DNA of 64,000 bases from Rhodoferax sp. (GCF_023700745.1 NZ_JAMPYG010000004.1:1629-65628); one strand, 5' to 3'; positions 19,204 through 29,731 are shown, numbered from the stretch's first letter. Notes: generated by a model not told the origin, from the letters alone. Numbers and translations are program-made.

Positions 19204-19272
19204 CGTCATTGCGCGCCTGGCGCGGCAATCCAGAGTTCATGGACTGCCGCGGCCTGCGGCCTCGCAGTGACG
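19204..19272. repeat. 69-nt imperfect palindromic element between fis and purH
   Basis: Outer arms CGTCATTGCG and CGCAGTGACG pair 10/10 with one G-T. Inner arms GCGGCAATCCA and TGGACTGCCGC pair with one mismatch. 7-nt loop. Confidence 0.55.
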
Positions 19273-19299
19273 GTGGTCAAGTCGCGAGACTTCATTGGC

Positions 19300-19536
19300 T
19301 TATTCGATGAGCTTGTGTTCCAGCAGTTTTTTGCGCAGGGTGTTGCGATTCAAACCGAGGTACTGGGCGGCTTTGGACTGGTTGTTGTCAGCGCGCTGCA
19401 TCACCACTTCCAGCAGCGGTTTTTCCACCACGGCCAGCAGCATGTCGTACATGCCATTGGGCTCGCTGTGGCCTAAATCGCTCAGGTAATTTTCCAGGTT
19501 GCTACGTACACAATCTGCAATATGCAGAGGTTTCAT
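19300..19536 (-). CDS. fis: DNA-binding protein Fis
   Basis: 78 aa. C-terminal HTH NQSKAAQYLGLNRNTLRKKL. ATGA overlap with dusB, the classic dusB-fis operon arrangement. Confidence 0.9.
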   Translation of the reverse strand: MKPLHIADCVRSNLENYLSDLGHSEPNGMYDMLLAVVEKPLLEVVMQRADNNQSKAAQYLGLNRNTLRKKLLEHKLIE

Positions 19537-20591
19537 TGAAGTGTCTCCATGTTCTTATTGAGGTCGCTATCAAGGTGATGTGTCGGGCGCATGGGCTGGG
19601 GCAGGCGATCCATGCGCGCATTGAGTTCGTCAAAAAAATCAGCCACCGCAGCCCACTGCGTCCGGCAATCCGGCAAGGTGTTCATGAGATCCCGGAAGGC
19701 CTCGCCACCAGGCAACGCCCGTACATACCAGCCAATGTGCTTGCGCGCACTGAGCACACCGATAAATTCACCGTACAGGCTGTAATGGTCCTGCAGATGG
19801 GCCAGCAACAGTTGCTTGACCTCGGCCACCAGCGGCGGCGCCAGTTGCTCACCGGTGGCCAGAAAATGCACGATTTCCCGGAAAATCCAGGGCCGCCCCT
19901 GGGCTGCGCGGCCAACCATCACCGCGTCGGCACCGGTGGCAGCCAGCACGGCGCGCGCTTTCCCGGGGCTGTCGATGTCGCCATTGGCCACCACCGGAAT
20001 GCGCAGCGCGGCTTTCACCGCCGCGATGGTGTCGTACTCGGCCTGGCCGCGGTAGCCCTGCTCGCGGGTACGGCCATGCACGGTCACCATCTGCACGCCG
20101 GCCGACTCGGCCGCCCTGGCCAATTGCACCGCGTTTTTGGCGGTATGGCACCAGCCGGTGCGCATCTTGAGCGTCACCGGCACGCCCAGCGGCGCACAGG
20201 CCTGCACCACGGCCGAGACAATGTCGAGCGCCAGCACCTCGTCCTGCATCAGGGCGGAACCGGCCCACTTGTTGCACACTTTTTTGGCTGGGCAGCCCAT
20301 GTTGATGTCGATGATCTGGGCACCCCGGTCGATGTTGTAGCGCGCTGCATCGGCCATCATCGGCGCATCGGTGCCGGCAATCTGCACGGCAATGGGGCCG
20401 GGCTCGCCGTCGTGGTTGGCGCGCTGCGAAGTCTTGAGCGAACGCATCAGGTCGGGTCGGCTGGTCACCATCTCGCTCACCGCGTAGCCCGCGCCGAGCC
20501 GCTTGCACAGCTGGCGAAACGGCCGATCGGTCACCCCGGCCATGGGGGCGACAAAACAGGTATTGGGCAAAACGTAGGGACCGATGTTCAT
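19533..20591 (-). CDS. dusB: tRNA-dihydrouridine synthase B
   Basis: APMAGVTDRPFRQLC, DINMGCPAKKV and TVHGRTR motifs. ATG at 20591 chosen; the track start at 20780 adds 63 non-conserved residues. Confidence 0.9.
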   Translation of the reverse strand: MNIGPYVLPNTCFVAPMAGVTDRPFRQLCKRLGAGYAVSEMVTSRPDLMRSLKTSQRANHDGEPGPIAVQIAGTDAPMMADAARYNIDRGAQIIDINMGCPAKKVCNKWAGSALMQDEVLALDIVSAVVQACAPLGVPVTLKMRTGWCHTAKNAVQLARAAESAGVQMVTVHGRTREQGYRGQAEYDTIAAVKAALRIPVVANGDIDSPGKARAVLAATGADAVMVGRAAQGRPWIFREIVHFLATGEQLAPPLVAEVKQLLLAHLQDHYSLYGEFIGVLSARKHIGWYVRALPGGEAFRDLMNTLPDCRTQWAAVADFFDELNARMDRLPQPMRPTHHLDSDLNKNMETLQ

Positions 20592-20740
20592 GCGAACGTG
20601 TTCAAAGCAAATGGAAATGCCAACGGAAGATAGGTAACAAAGTGTTTGGGGATGGAGGATTCTAGCTGCCCAAAATTTCAGCAAATGAAATAAATACCGA
20701 TGTGGGGGAGATGGGGCACAAAACCTATACTCCGTCACCC

Positions 20741-21211
20741 ATGGACCTCTGGCTCGATCACCTTCTAACCCTGCTGGCACTGCCCAAGTTTGGACTCAGC
20801 AGTGTTTTTGTGGTGTCGTTCGTGTCAGCCACATTACTGCCCATGGGCTCGGAGCCTGCGGTGTTCGGCCTGGTGGAACTCAATCCGTCACTGTTCTGGC
20901 CGGCCATCGCCGTGGCCACCATCGGCAACACCCTGGGCGGCGCCGTGAGCTGGTGGATGGGGTTGGCGTCGCACAAGGTGGTGGACAAATACCAGCACTC
21001 CAAACACCACCTGCGCGCCCTGGCCTGGCTGGAGCGGCTCGGCCCCAAGGCCTGCCTGCTGGCCTGGTTGCCCATTGTGGGCGACCCGCTGTGTGCGGTC
21101 GCAGGCTGGCTGAAACTGCCGTTCTGGCCCTGCCTGGGTTACATGGCCATCGGCAAATGCGCCCGCTATATCACCATGACGGCGGCGTTGATGGGCGTTT
21201 TTGGTGGCTAG
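20741..21211 (+). CDS. yqaA: YqaA family (DedA/SNARE-associated-like) membrane protein
   Basis: SFVSATLLPMGSEPAVF..GNTLGG..LAWLPIVGDPLCAVAGWL parallels E. coli YqaA. ATG at 20741 preferred to the GTG at 20702. Confidence 0.7.
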   Translation: MDLWLDHLLTLLALPKFGLSSVFVVSFVSATLLPMGSEPAVFGLVELNPSLFWPAIAVATIGNTLGGAVSWWMGLASHKVVDKYQHSKHHLRALAWLERLGPKACLLAWLPIVGDPLCAVAGWLKLPFWPCLGYMAIGKCARYITMTAALMGVFGG

Positions 21212-21219
21212 AAAAAATT

Positions 21220-22308
21220 TCAGGAGCTGAACAAAAAGTTCATCACGTCGCCGTCCTTGACCACGTAGTCCTTGCCTTCGGCGCGCATCTTGCCGGCATC
21301 CTTGGCGCCCTGCTCGCCCTGGTAGGTGATGTAGTCGTCATAGGCAATGGTCTGGGCGCGGATATAGCCCTTTTCAAAATCGGTGTGGATCACGCCGGCC
21401 GCCTGCGGGCCGGTGTCGCCCTTGTGGATGGTCCAGGCGCGTACTTCCTTGACACCGGCGGTGAAGTAGGTCTGCAGGCCCAGCAGATCGTAGGCGGCGC
21501 GGATCAGGCGGTTCAGGCCCGGCTCATGCAGGCCCATTTCTTCCAGGAACATCTGCCGGTCTTCGTCGCTCATGTCGGCCATTTCGGCCTCCAGCTTGGC
21601 ACAAATGGCCACCACCGGGGCTTTCTGTGCGCCGGCGTAGGCGGTCAGGCGGTCCAGCAAGGGGTTGTTCTCAAAGCCGTCTTCGGCCACGTTGGCGACA
21701 AACATGGCGGGTTTGGCCGTGATCAGGAAAAACTGTTTCAACAAGGGCTGTTCTTCCTTGCTGAAGTCCAGTGCGCGCACCGGTTTGGCCTCGTTGAGGG
21801 CGGCCTGGCAGCGCTCCAGGATGCCGACCAGTTTGGCCGCTTCCTTGTCGCCGCCCGATTTGGCTGCTTTCTGATAACGCGCCAGCGACTTTTCGACCGT
21901 GCTCAGATCGGCCAGGCAGAGTTCGGTCTGGATCACCTCGATGTCAGAAATCGGGTCAACCCGGCCCGACACGTGGATCACGTTGTCGTCTTCAAAGCAG
22001 CGCACCACGTTGATGATGGCGTCGGTTTCGCGGATGTGCGCCAAAAACTTGTTGCCCAAGCCCTCGCCGGTGCTGGCGCCAGCCACCAGGCCGGCAATAT
22101 CGACAAATTCGACGATGGCGCGCTGCACGCGCTCCGGGTGCACGATGGCTGATAGCGCGTCAAGCCGCGAGTCAGGCACTTCAACGATGCCCACATTGGG
22201 CTCGATGGTGCAAAAGGGGTAGTTCTCAGCCGCAATGCCCGCCTTGGTCAGCGCATTGAACAGGGTCGATTTACCGACGTTGGGCAAGCCCACGATGCCA
22301 CATTTCAT
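21220..22308 (-). CDS. ychF: redox-regulated ATPase YchF
   Basis: [22 protein letters not shown]-loop. TGS/YchF C-terminal domain ending DGDVMNFLF. Confidence 0.95.
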   Translation of the reverse strand: MKCGIVGLPNVGKSTLFNALTKAGIAAENYPFCTIEPNVGIVEVPDSRLDALSAIVHPERVQRAIVEFVDIAGLVAGASTGEGLGNKFLAHIRETDAIINVVRCFEDDNVIHVSGRVDPISDIEVIQTELCLADLSTVEKSLARYQKAAKSGGDKEAAKLVGILERCQAALNEAKPVRALDFSKEEQPLLKQFFLITAKPAMFVANVAEDGFENNPLLDRLTAYAGAQKAPVVAICAKLEAEMADMSDEDRQMFLEEMGLHEPGLNRLIRAAYDLLGLQTYFTAGVKEVRAWTIHKGDTGPQAAGVIHTDFEKGYIRAQTIAYDDYITYQGEQGAKDAGKMRAEGKDYVVKDGDVMNFLFSS

Positions 22309-22423
22309 GAAATATCCTTAAGAATCAACAACCCGCTCGCACCATCGAATCCTTTGCGGACATCTCTGGCGCACCCGATCCATAGCTGACAGCGAGGCAA
22401 AAAAGACCAAAACGCGACGTTTC

Positions 22424-22449
22424 AAAACATCGCAATATTGCAAAGTTTT
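22424..22449. promoter_or_regulatory. palindrome GCAATATTGC flanked by AAAAC/GTTTT in the 254-nt region upstream of ychF
   Basis: 22432-22441 is a perfect 10-bp palindrome. The outer AAAAC (22424-22428) and GTTTT (22445-22449) are complementary. Confidence 0.3.
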
Positions 22450-22562
22450 GTCCGGCATTTATTCTGGAGAAGTGGCATCGATTGTACTTATGCAGCGAGG
22501 TCGGCAAGCTGGACAAAGCAACGCTGATCATTTAAACCGAGCAGCCTCAACCGTCTGATGTA

Positions 22563-24923
22563 TCAAGCCCCTACTTGTTTTTCAAACTCTTCCAGCGTGA
22601 TGGGTTGGCTGAACAGGTAGCCCTGGTACAGATGACAGCCGTTGACTTCAAGAAAATTTAGCTGCTCGGTAGTTTCAACACCCTCGGCAATCACTTGCAG
22701 CCCAAGGCTTTGGCCCAAGCCAATCACCGTGCGCACGATGGCCGCATCGTTCACATTGGTAGCCATATCTTGCACGAATGACTTGTCGATCTTGAGCTGA
22801 TCAAGCGGCATTTTCTGAAGGTAGGCCAAGGAAGAGAAACCCGTACCAAAGTCATCCAGCGAGAAGCTAACACCAAGGGCACGCAAGACTTGCATTTTTT
22901 GCACCACCAACTCAATATCTGCCGCCAGAATGCTCTCGGTCATTTCAAGCTTCAGGCGGTTCGGGTTGGCACCTGTGCGCTTCAGCGTGCCGACAACACT
23001 TTCCACATAACCGGGTTGGTTGAATTCTTTGGCACTGACGTTCACAGCCAGCACCAGGTCGCGTCTTTCAGGGTGCTGCTCCCAGCGTTTGAGCTGGGTG
23101 CAAGCGGTTTCCAGCACCCAACTGCCTAACATCATGATTAAACCGGTTTCCTCTGCCAGCGGAATGAATTTGGCGGGGGACACCATCCCCAGGACCGGGT
23201 GGGTCCACCGGACCAACAATTCGGCGCCCAGAATATGACCGCGACTATCAACCTGCTTTTGGTACAAAAGCAAAAGCTCAGCCGGAATCCCCTTGCGCAG
23301 GTCGCGCTCCAGCTGGAATCGTTCATCCACCAAGACCTGCAGGCTGTCATCGAAAAACTGGCAACGGTCATGCCCGACGCGCTTGGCCTCGAACATGGCA
23401 ACATCGGCATGCTTGATCACGTCGGTAGCGGAGATATCACCCCCGATGAACATCTTGATGCCGATAGAAGCTTTACCTGTATACGCTTCACCCGCGAGTT
23501 CGAAAGGCTGCTGAAAGCTCGCCAAAATTTGCGCTCCAATGGCCGAAGCTTGCTGTTTGGCCTTGTCAGGCTCAGGATCAAGGGAACCCAACAAGACGCC
23601 AAATTCATCACTCCGGAGGCGCGCCAAGGTGTCCTGGGAACGGACCACCGTCGACAAGCGTTGGGCCACTGCAATCAGCAAGAGGTCACCAATATCATGG
23701 CCGCGGGTGTTGTTGAGCAAGCTGAAATGGTCCAGATTGATCAGAATCAGACCGCCTTGATTGCGCGTCCTGGCGTTGTCACTCAAGGCCATTTCCAGGC
23801 GCTCCATCAACAAGCGCCGGTTCACCAGTCCTGTGACCCTGTCATAGAAGGCCAACTCATGCATGACCTGGCCGAGCATTCCAGCCTCATCGCGGGACGG
23901 GGGTTCCCGGTTGATATCTGCAGGCACACTCCTGACGTTTTGATGCGCCCTGGCCTGATCAGCCAGTGCCTCAATGGGCCGTACCACCCTTGCCGAGATG
24001 AACCAGGCCACGGCCGCGAAGCTGGCGGAAAATATCAAGCTGAGCCATAACATCAACAGGCGTGTCTGGTGAATGTCGGCAAGCGCAAGACTTGATGATG
24101 CGCGCACAACAACGACCCACCCGAGTCCCTGCTGGCTCGGGGAGGATTGAATGCGTGTCTCCGCGGAAAAATAGTCGCGCCAGCTTGTTTGCTCTTTAAG
24201 CGCCACAAGATTAGCGGCGCTTTCTGCAGGGGGTTTCAGCAGCCACTCCCCCCGCTCATCGGCGATCAGCACCTCAACCTGTTTTTTCTTGTCTGTGGCG
24301 TCCAGGCTTGCTTCGATAATGCCCCTGACCCAATGCCAATGCAGGTGTGCACCCAATACCCCGGTGTTGGAATTACCGGCGATTTTGACCGGTACGGCCA
24401 CGTCGACAAGCCTCAGGGGTTCACCCGATTCAGGTACGTTCAGGACCGAAGCCAGGAGTTCGGCTACATGTGGATCACCAAAAAAAAGCCCTTGTCGCCC
24501 ACCCACAAACCAAGGGCGTTTCGAAACGTCCTGCTGCTCCAGCAAGCCGGCGCTGGCCGCCAGGACCGTGCCATCGGATCCAGCCAAGCCAATCCAGGCG
24601 TATTCCGGCTGACTGGCTTGCAGCTTGTCAAAGACGCCGCGAATCTCAGTCGGGTTGGACAGCTTGGCCCGCTGCAACAGGTCCGAGATTATTTGCAATT
24701 CTTCCTTGCGGTGCGACAAGTCCTGATCCAGGCTGCTCGCAATCCGGTGCGCGATCTGATGGAGCGCCTCAAATTCGCTGTTTTTGGCGCTGGCCTCCCA
24801 GCGCCACTGCATCAGTCCAGTCAACAACAAACCAAAAACAATGCCACTCACCCCCATGGCCGCAGAAAATCGTCCGCGCATGCTTCTGAAAGGTGAGAGT
24901 CTGGAAATCAATCGTTGCCACAT
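22563..24923 (-). CDS. membrane sensor with periplasmic domain, HAMP-like linker, degenerate GGDEF and EAL domains
   Basis: Two TM segments flank a periplasmic region of about 270 aa. GGDEF domain reads LRSDEF at the A-site. EAL domain carries ELLVRW, DDFGTGFSSL, KIDKSFV and EGVETT. The start is ambiguous: ATG at 24923, or TTG at 24944 in the track. Confidence 0.8.
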   Translation of the reverse strand: MWQRLISRLSPFRSMRGRFSAAMGVSGIVFGLLLTGLMQWRWEASAKNSEFEALHQIAHRIASSLDQDLSHRKEELQIISDLLQRAKLSNPTEIRGVFDKLQASQPEYAWIGLAGSDGTVLAASAGLLEQQDVSKRPWFVGGRQGLFFGDPHVAELLASVLNVPESGEPLRLVDVAVPVKIAGNSNTGVLGAHLHWHWVRGIIEASLDATDKKKQVEVLIADERGEWLLKPPAESAANLVALKEQTSWRDYFSAETRIQSSPSQQGLGWVVVVRASSSLALADIHQTRLLMLWLSLIFSASFAAVAWFISARVVRPIEALADQARAHQNVRSVPADINREPPSRDEAGMLGQVMHELAFYDRVTGLVNRRLLMERLEMALSDNARTRNQGGLILINLDHFSLLNNTRGHDIGDLLLIAVAQRLSTVVRSQDTLARLRSDEFGVLLGSLDPEPDKAKQQASAIGAQILASFQQPFELAGEAYTGKASIGIKMFIGGDISATDVIKHADVAMFEAKRVGHDRCQFFDDSLQVLVDERFQLERDLRKGIPAELLLLYQKQVDSRGHILGAELLVRWTHPVLGMVSPAKFIPLAEETGLIMMLGSWVLETACTQLKRWEQHPERRDLVLAVNVSAKEFNQPGYVESVVGTLKRTGANPNRLKLEMTESILAADIELVVQKMQVLRALGVSFSLDDFGTGFSSLAYLQKMPLDQLKIDKSFVQDMATNVNDAAIVRTVIGLGQSLGLQVIAEGVETTEQLNFLEVNGCHLYQGYLFSQPITLEEFEKQVGA

Positions 24924-24942
24924 GGAAGGAATTTTTACACGC

Positions 24943-24958
24943 AAACGCCGTGGCGTTT
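24943..24958. promoter_or_regulatory. near-perfect palindrome AAACGCC-GT-GGCGTTT just upstream of the sensor gene
   Basis: 7-bp arms at 24943-24949 and 24952-24958 are exact complements. The element lies 20-35 nt upstream of ATG at 24923. Confidence 0.3.
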
Positions 24959-25084
24959 AGCCTTCGTGTGAAGCTGGTTTGTAGCAAACTACTGCCAGTC
25001 CTTGAAAGGAATGCCGGTCTGACCGAGTCAAACGCTTGATTTCACCTGCTTGTGCCGAGCTAACCACCTCCTACAATCCCGGCC

Positions 25085-26197
25085 ATGACACAACGTTTTG
25101 ATATTTGTATCCGTGGTGGTGGCATTGTGGGGCATGCCCTGGCGCTGTTGCTGGCGCGCGACCGCTTGCGTATTGGCTTGTTCGCACCCGAAATGCCTGC
25201 CAACAACGAGCCCGACGTGCGGGCTTATGCGCTCAACGCCAAATCGAAAGCGCTGCTCGAATCGGTGCGCTGCTGGCCCGACCTGGCGCATGCCACGCCG
25301 GTGCTGGACATGGAGGTCAAGGGCGATGACGGTGGTTTGGTCAATTTTTCGGCCACCGAACTGGCGGTGCCCGCGATGACCTGGATTGTGGATGTACCCG
25401 CGCTGGAAGCCCAGTTGCGGGACGCGGTGCGTTTCCAGCCGCATATCGAACTGCTTGACGCACCTCGTCCGGCCACCCTGACCGTGGTGTGCGAAGGCAA
25501 GGCCAGCCGCACACGCGAAGAATTTGGCGTCGAATTTGCCGCCACGCGTTACCCGCAACACGCCATTGCCGCACGGCTCACCTGCGAAAAACCGCATGGG
25601 CAAGTCGCACGCCAGTGGTTCACCCAGGGTGAGATTCTGGCTTTTTTGCCGCTCCACGGTGCCCGGGGCAACACCGTGGCCATGGTCTGGTCGGTCCGCG
25701 ACGGCCGCACGCTGGAGATGCTCGACGACAGCGAAGACGCCTTTTGCGAGCAGATTGAGCACTTGAGCGAAGGCGTTTTGGGCAAACTCACGCTGGTCAG
25801 CCCGCGCAAAGCCTGGCCGCTGCAGTCGGCGCAGGCCAGTCGTTGGATCGGCGTCGCCGATGGTCAATCATGGGCGCTGGCAGGAGACGCAGCCCATACC
25901 GTGCATCCGCTGGCGGGCCAGGGTCTGAACCTGGGCTTGGGGGACGTGGCCGAGCTCACGCACATTCTGCACAGCCGGGCCTACTGGCGCCCGGTGAACG
26001 ATGTCAGGTTGCTGCGCCAGTACGAACGTGCCCGCAAAACCGAAGTCACCGCCACCGACGCCGCCATGACAGCCTTGCAACAGCTGTTCGACAAGCCTGG
26101 CGATGGCTGGCAAAAACTGCGCAATTGGGGCATGTCGGGCTTTGAGCAGGTGGGCTTCTCCAAACACTGGGCAGCGCGACGGGCCATGGGCATCTGA
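25085..26197 (+). CDS. FAD-dependent monooxygenase, UbiH/UbiF/VisC/COQ6 family
   Basis: N-terminal dinucleotide fold ICIRGGGIVGHALALLLA and the conserved GDAAHTVHPLAGQGLNLGLGDV motif. Confidence 0.8.
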   Translation: MTQRFDICIRGGGIVGHALALLLARDRLRIGLFAPEMPANNEPDVRAYALNAKSKALLESVRCWPDLAHATPVLDMEVKGDDGGLVNFSATELAVPAMTWIVDVPALEAQLRDAVRFQPHIELLDAPRPATLTVVCEGKASRTREEFGVEFAATRYPQHAIAARLTCEKPHGQVARQWFTQGEILAFLPLHGARGNTVAMVWSVRDGRTLEMLDDSEDAFCEQIEHLSEGVLGKLTLVSPRKAWPLQSAQASRWIGVADGQSWALAGDAAHTVHPLAGQGLNLGLGDVAELTHILHSRAYWRPVNDVRLLRQYERARKTEVTATDAAMTALQQLFDKPGDGWQKLRNWGMSGFEQVGFSKHWAARRAMGI

Positions 26198-26263
26198 ACG
26201 CAAAACCAAGAACTTATTGCACGCAAGCTGGTCTGACACCACTTAACACCTCACTGGACATCC

Positions 26264-26965
26264 ATGAAAAGACTCTTCACTTCCCTGATGGCTTGCGCCT
26301 TGTTGCTGGCCAGCACGGCCTGGTCGCAAGAAAGCACCATTCGCAAAAATCTGGGCGAACGCATTCCGCAACTGCAACAACTTGACGAGGTCATCAAATC
26401 GCCCATCCCCGGCCTGTACGAGATTCGCGTCAATGGCAACGAGATTTACTACACCGACGCCGAGGCCAACTACTTGGTACAAGGCAATCTGATCGACACC
26501 CGGCAAAAGCGCAACCTGACCGAAGAGCGCATCGAAAAACTCTCGGCCATTGACTTTGACGCCCTGCCTTTCAAGGATGCCTTCACCATGGTGCGCGGCA
26601 ACGGCAAGCGCAAGCTGGCGGTCTTCGAGGACCCCAACTGCGGCTACTGCAAGCGTTTTGAAAAGGACCTGCAAAAAGTCAACAATGTCACGATTTACAT
26701 GTTTCTCTACCCGATCCTGGGCCCCGACTCTGGCGAAAAGTCGAGAAACATCTGGTGCGCCAAGGACAAGGCCAAGGCCTGGCAGGACTGGATGGTGCGC
26801 GATGTCACGCCAACAGCGGCCACCTGCGACAGCGCAGCCGTGGCCCGCAATGTGGAACTGGGCCGCAAGTTCAGAATCAACGGTACGCCGACGCTGGTGT
26901 TTGCCGACGGCAGCCGCGTGCCCGGCGCGATTGGTGCCGATCAGGTTGAAAAACGCCTGAACTGA
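26264..26965 (+). CDS. dsbC: thiol:disulfide interchange protein DsbC-like
   Basis: Signal peptide, dimerisation N-domain, and thioredoxin fold with an active-site CGYC (FEDPNCGYCKRFE). Confidence 0.8.
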   Translation: MKRLFTSLMACALLLASTAWSQESTIRKNLGERIPQLQQLDEVIKSPIPGLYEIRVNGNEIYYTDAEANYLVQGNLIDTRQKRNLTEERIEKLSAIDFDALPFKDAFTMVRGNGKRKLAVFEDPNCGYCKRFEKDLQKVNNVTIYMFLYPILGPDSGEKSRNIWCAKDKAKAWQDWMVRDVTPTAATCDSAAVARNVELGRKFRINGTPTLVFADGSRVPGAIGADQVEKRLN

Positions 26966-28764
26966 TGAAATCGCGGACGCCCTCCACCGCCCCAGCCCAG
27001 GTGGGCTATGGGGTGCGCGCGCTGGACCTTCATGCGCACCTGTTCGAAGTCACGCTCACCGTGGCCCAACCCGCTGCCGATCAGGTCGTCAGTTTGCCAG
27101 TGTGGATTCCGGGCAGCTACCTGGTGCGCGAGTTCGCCAAACACCTGCAGGGCCTGCAGGCGCGGCAAGGCAACAAACCGGTGGCTATCAGCCAGCTTGA
27201 CAAATGCAGCTGGCAAATCCACACCCAAGCAGGCAAGGCGCTGGCGCTGAAGTACCAAGTCTATGCCTTTGACAGCTCGGTGCGCACGGCTTGGCTCGAC
27301 AGCCAGCGCGGTTTTTTCAACGGCACCAGCCTGTGCCTGCGCGTGCACGGACAGGAAGACAGGCCACACCAGTTGACACTGACCGACGATGATCTGCCCA
27401 AAGACTGGCAAGCCGCCACGGCGCTGAGCGCACAACGCGTCACAAAACGCGGTTTTGGCGATTATCTGGCCACCAATTACGACGAACTGGTGGACAGCCC
27501 GGTCGAGCTTGGCCCGTTCTGGCGCGGTGAATTTGTCGCCGCCGGTATCCCGCACCAATTTATTGTCTCGGGCGCGTCCGCCAGCTTTGACGGCGCGCGC
27601 CTGCTGGCCGATACCCAGGCCATTTGTGAGGCTGAAATCAGCTTTTGGCACGGTAGCCAGCCGCAACAGGCCCCGCAGCGCCACTACCTGTTCATGCTCA
27701 ATGCCGTGCAGGACGGCTATGGCGGGCTGGAACACCGCAATTCGACCGCACTGATCTGCAAACGGGCCGATTTGCCTCGCCTGGGGCAAGCCGGCACGGG
27801 CGAGCCATCCGATGGCTACACCACCCTGCTCGGCCTCATCAGCCATGAGTACTTTCACACCTGGAACGTCAAGCGGCTGCGCCCGGCCGAATTTGTCCGC
27901 TACGACTACGACCAGGAAAATTACACTGAGTTGCTGTGGTTTTTTGAAGGTTTTACCAGCTATTTTGACGACCTGCTGCTGCGTCGGGCCAAGCGGATTG
28001 ACACCACGCACTATCTCAAATTACTGGCCAAAACCATCAACCAGGTGCTGCAAACGCCCGGACGCCAGGTGCAAAGCGTGGCCCAGTCCAGCCGTGACGC
28101 CTGGGTCAAGTACTACCGGCAGGATGAGAACACGGCCAATGCCACGGTGAGTTACTACACCAAGGGTTCGCTGGTTGCGCTGTGCCTGGACCTGAGCTTG
28201 CGCCACGGCGGCAAAACCAGCCTGGATGCGGTGATGCGCGCGCTGTGGCAGCGTTGCCAGGGCGGCCCCATGACGCAGGACGACCTGCTGGCGGTGCTGA
28301 CAGACTTGTCGGGCCAATCCTATGCGGCGCAATTGCAGCAGTGGGTCCATGGCACGGCCGACCTGCCGCTTAAAAAGTTGCTCAAGCAGCACGGCGTCCG
28401 TTATGACGAAGAGCCCGTTCCACGCCCGGATCAATTGGGCATGAAAGTCCATGAGCAACAAGGCATCCGCATCAAGAGCGTGCTGCGCGGCAGTGCCGCC
28501 GAACAGGCGGGTTTTGCCGCCGGTGACGAGTGGTTGGGCGTGGCCACAGGCCAGGGCAAAAGCAGCCAACGCTGGCGCCTGAACAAGCTCGACGATCTGG
28601 CCACTTACCTTGGCAGCGACACCCACTGCCGAGCCCTGATTGCCCGCGACCAGCGCCTGCTGACGCTGTCATTGAGCTTGCCGGACACGGTGCGCAATGT
28701 CAAACTCGGGGTGACTGACCCGAAACAGGTCGACACCTGGCTTGATGGCAAAAGCCCCGCCTGA
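26965..28764 (+). CDS. M61 family metallopeptidase (glycyl aminopeptidase-like) with C-terminal PDZ domain
   Basis: [14 protein letters not shown] zinc motif. C-terminal PDZ-like [27 protein letters not shown]. The ATG overlaps the dsbC stop (TGATG). Confidence 0.8.
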   Translation: MKSRTPSTAPAQVGYGVRALDLHAHLFEVTLTVAQPAADQVVSLPVWIPGSYLVREFAKHLQGLQARQGNKPVAISQLDKCSWQIHTQAGKALALKYQVYAFDSSVRTAWLDSQRGFFNGTSLCLRVHGQEDRPHQLTLTDDDLPKDWQAATALSAQRVTKRGFGDYLATNYDELVDSPVELGPFWRGEFVAAGIPHQFIVSGASASFDGARLLADTQAICEAEISFWHGSQPQQAPQRHYLFMLNAVQDGYGGLEHRNSTALICKRADLPRLGQAGTGEPSDGYTTLLGLISHEYFHTWNVKRLRPAEFVRYDYDQENYTELLWFFEGFTSYFDDLLLRRAKRIDTTHYLKLLAKTINQVLQTPGRQVQSVAQSSRDAWVKYYRQDENTANATVSYYTKGSLVALCLDLSLRHGGKTSLDAVMRALWQRCQGGPMTQDDLLAVLTDLSGQSYAAQLQQWVHGTADLPLKKLLKQHGVRYDEEPVPRPDQLGMKVHEQQGIRIKSVLRGSAAEQAGFAAGDEWLGVATGQGKSSQRWRLNKLDDLATYLGSDTHCRALIARDQRLLTLSLSLPDTVRNVKLGVTDPKQVDTWLDGKSPA

Positions 28765-28795
28765 TCCCTTATTTTTTTACCATACAGGAGACCCG

Positions 28796-29575
28796 ATGAC
28801 TTACGAACTGATCACCGTCCGCACCGAAGCCGACAAGGTGGGCATCATCACCTTGAACCGCCCCAAGCAGCTCAACGCGCTCAACGACCAGCTCATGACC
28901 GAGCTCGGTAACGCACTGCAAGCCTTCGATGCCGACGCCGGCATCCACTGCATGATCATCACCGGCAGTGAAAAAGCCTTCGCCGCCGGTGCCGACATTG
29001 GCGCCATGAGCAACTACAACTTTGCCGATGTCTACAAGCAGGACTTCATCACCCGCAACTGGGAAAAAATCCGCTCTGTGCGCAAGCCCGTGATTGCCGC
29101 GGTGAGCGGTTTTGCCCTGGGTGGCGGCTGCGAGCTGGCCATGATGTGCGACTTCATCATTGCCGCCGACAACGCGCGTTTTGGCCAGCCCGAGATCAAG
29201 CTCGGCATCATCCCCGGTGCCGGTGGCACCCAGCGCCTGCCGCGTGCCGTGGGCAAGGCCAAGGCCATGGACCTGGCACTGACCGGGCGCATGATGGACG
29301 CTGTGGAAGCGGAGCGCTCAGGACTGGTCAGCCGTGTGGTGGCGCTGGAAAAGCTGATGGAAGAAGCGCTGGGCGCCGCCCTGATGATCAGCGAATTCTC
29401 GCAGGTGGCCGTTATGGCGGCCAAGGAGTCGGTCAACCGCGCCTTCGAGGGTACCCTGAACGACGGCATCATGTTTGAGCGCCGCCTGTTTCACGCCTTG
29501 TTTGCCACGGCAGACCAAAAAGAAGGCATGGACGCGTTCGTCAACAAACGCAAAGCCGTTTTTACCCACCAATGA
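28796..29575 (+). CDS. enoyl-CoA hydratase (crotonase family)
   Basis: [24 protein letters not shown] and [13 protein letters not shown] motifs. ATG at 28796 is preceded by AGGAG at 28786-28790. Confidence 0.9.
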   Translation: MTYELITVRTEADKVGIITLNRPKQLNALNDQLMTELGNALQAFDADAGIHCMIITGSEKAFAAGADIGAMSNYNFADVYKQDFITRNWEKIRSVRKPVIAAVSGFALGGGCELAMMCDFIIAADNARFGQPEIKLGIIPGAGGTQRLPRAVGKAKAMDLALTGRMMDAVEAERSGLVSRVVALEKLMEEALGAALMISEFSQVAVMAAKESVNRAFEGTLNDGIMFERRLFHALFATADQKEGMDAFVNKRKAVFTHQ

Positions 29576-29624
29576 CGCCAGGCCGCCAAAAGCGGCTCAC
29601 AACCCGCTATAATTTCGCCTCGTT

Positions 29625-29701
29625 GGTGATATAGCTCAGTTGGTTAGAGCGCAGCATTCATAATGCTGATGTCGGTGGTTCAAATCCACCTATCACCACC
29701 A
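29625..29701 (+). tRNA. tRNA with CAU anticodon (elongator tRNA-Met, or tRNA-Ile2 if lysidine-modified)
   Basis: Cloverleaf folded by hand. Acceptor GGTGATA/TATCACC plus ACCA. D-arm AGCTCAGTTGGTTAGAGC. Anticodon stem CAGCA/TGCTG with loop TTCATAA. T-arm GGTGGTTCAAATCCACC. Not an initiator: 1-72 is paired and there is no GGG/CCC anticodon stem. TATAAT at 29608-29613 is a plausible -10. Confidence 0.9.
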
Positions 29702-29731
29702 AGATTCATGCTTTCGCCTGTCGAAAACCAT

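Noticed and set aside
19156-19299. ZTP (pfl) riboswitch upstream of purH.
   Set aside because: purH is a classic ZTP-riboswitch target, so I read the minus-strand leader. It lacks the conserved CCGCCTGGGC 3' subdomain. The only GACTGCCG-like stretch is on the wrong strand. The structure present is a simple palindromic repeat.
22325-22531. 68-aa minus-strand ORF in the ychF upstream spacer.
   Set aside because: Its composition and codon usage are unlike the GC3-rich neighbours. There is no SD and no recognisable family. It is more likely non-coding leader or promoter DNA.
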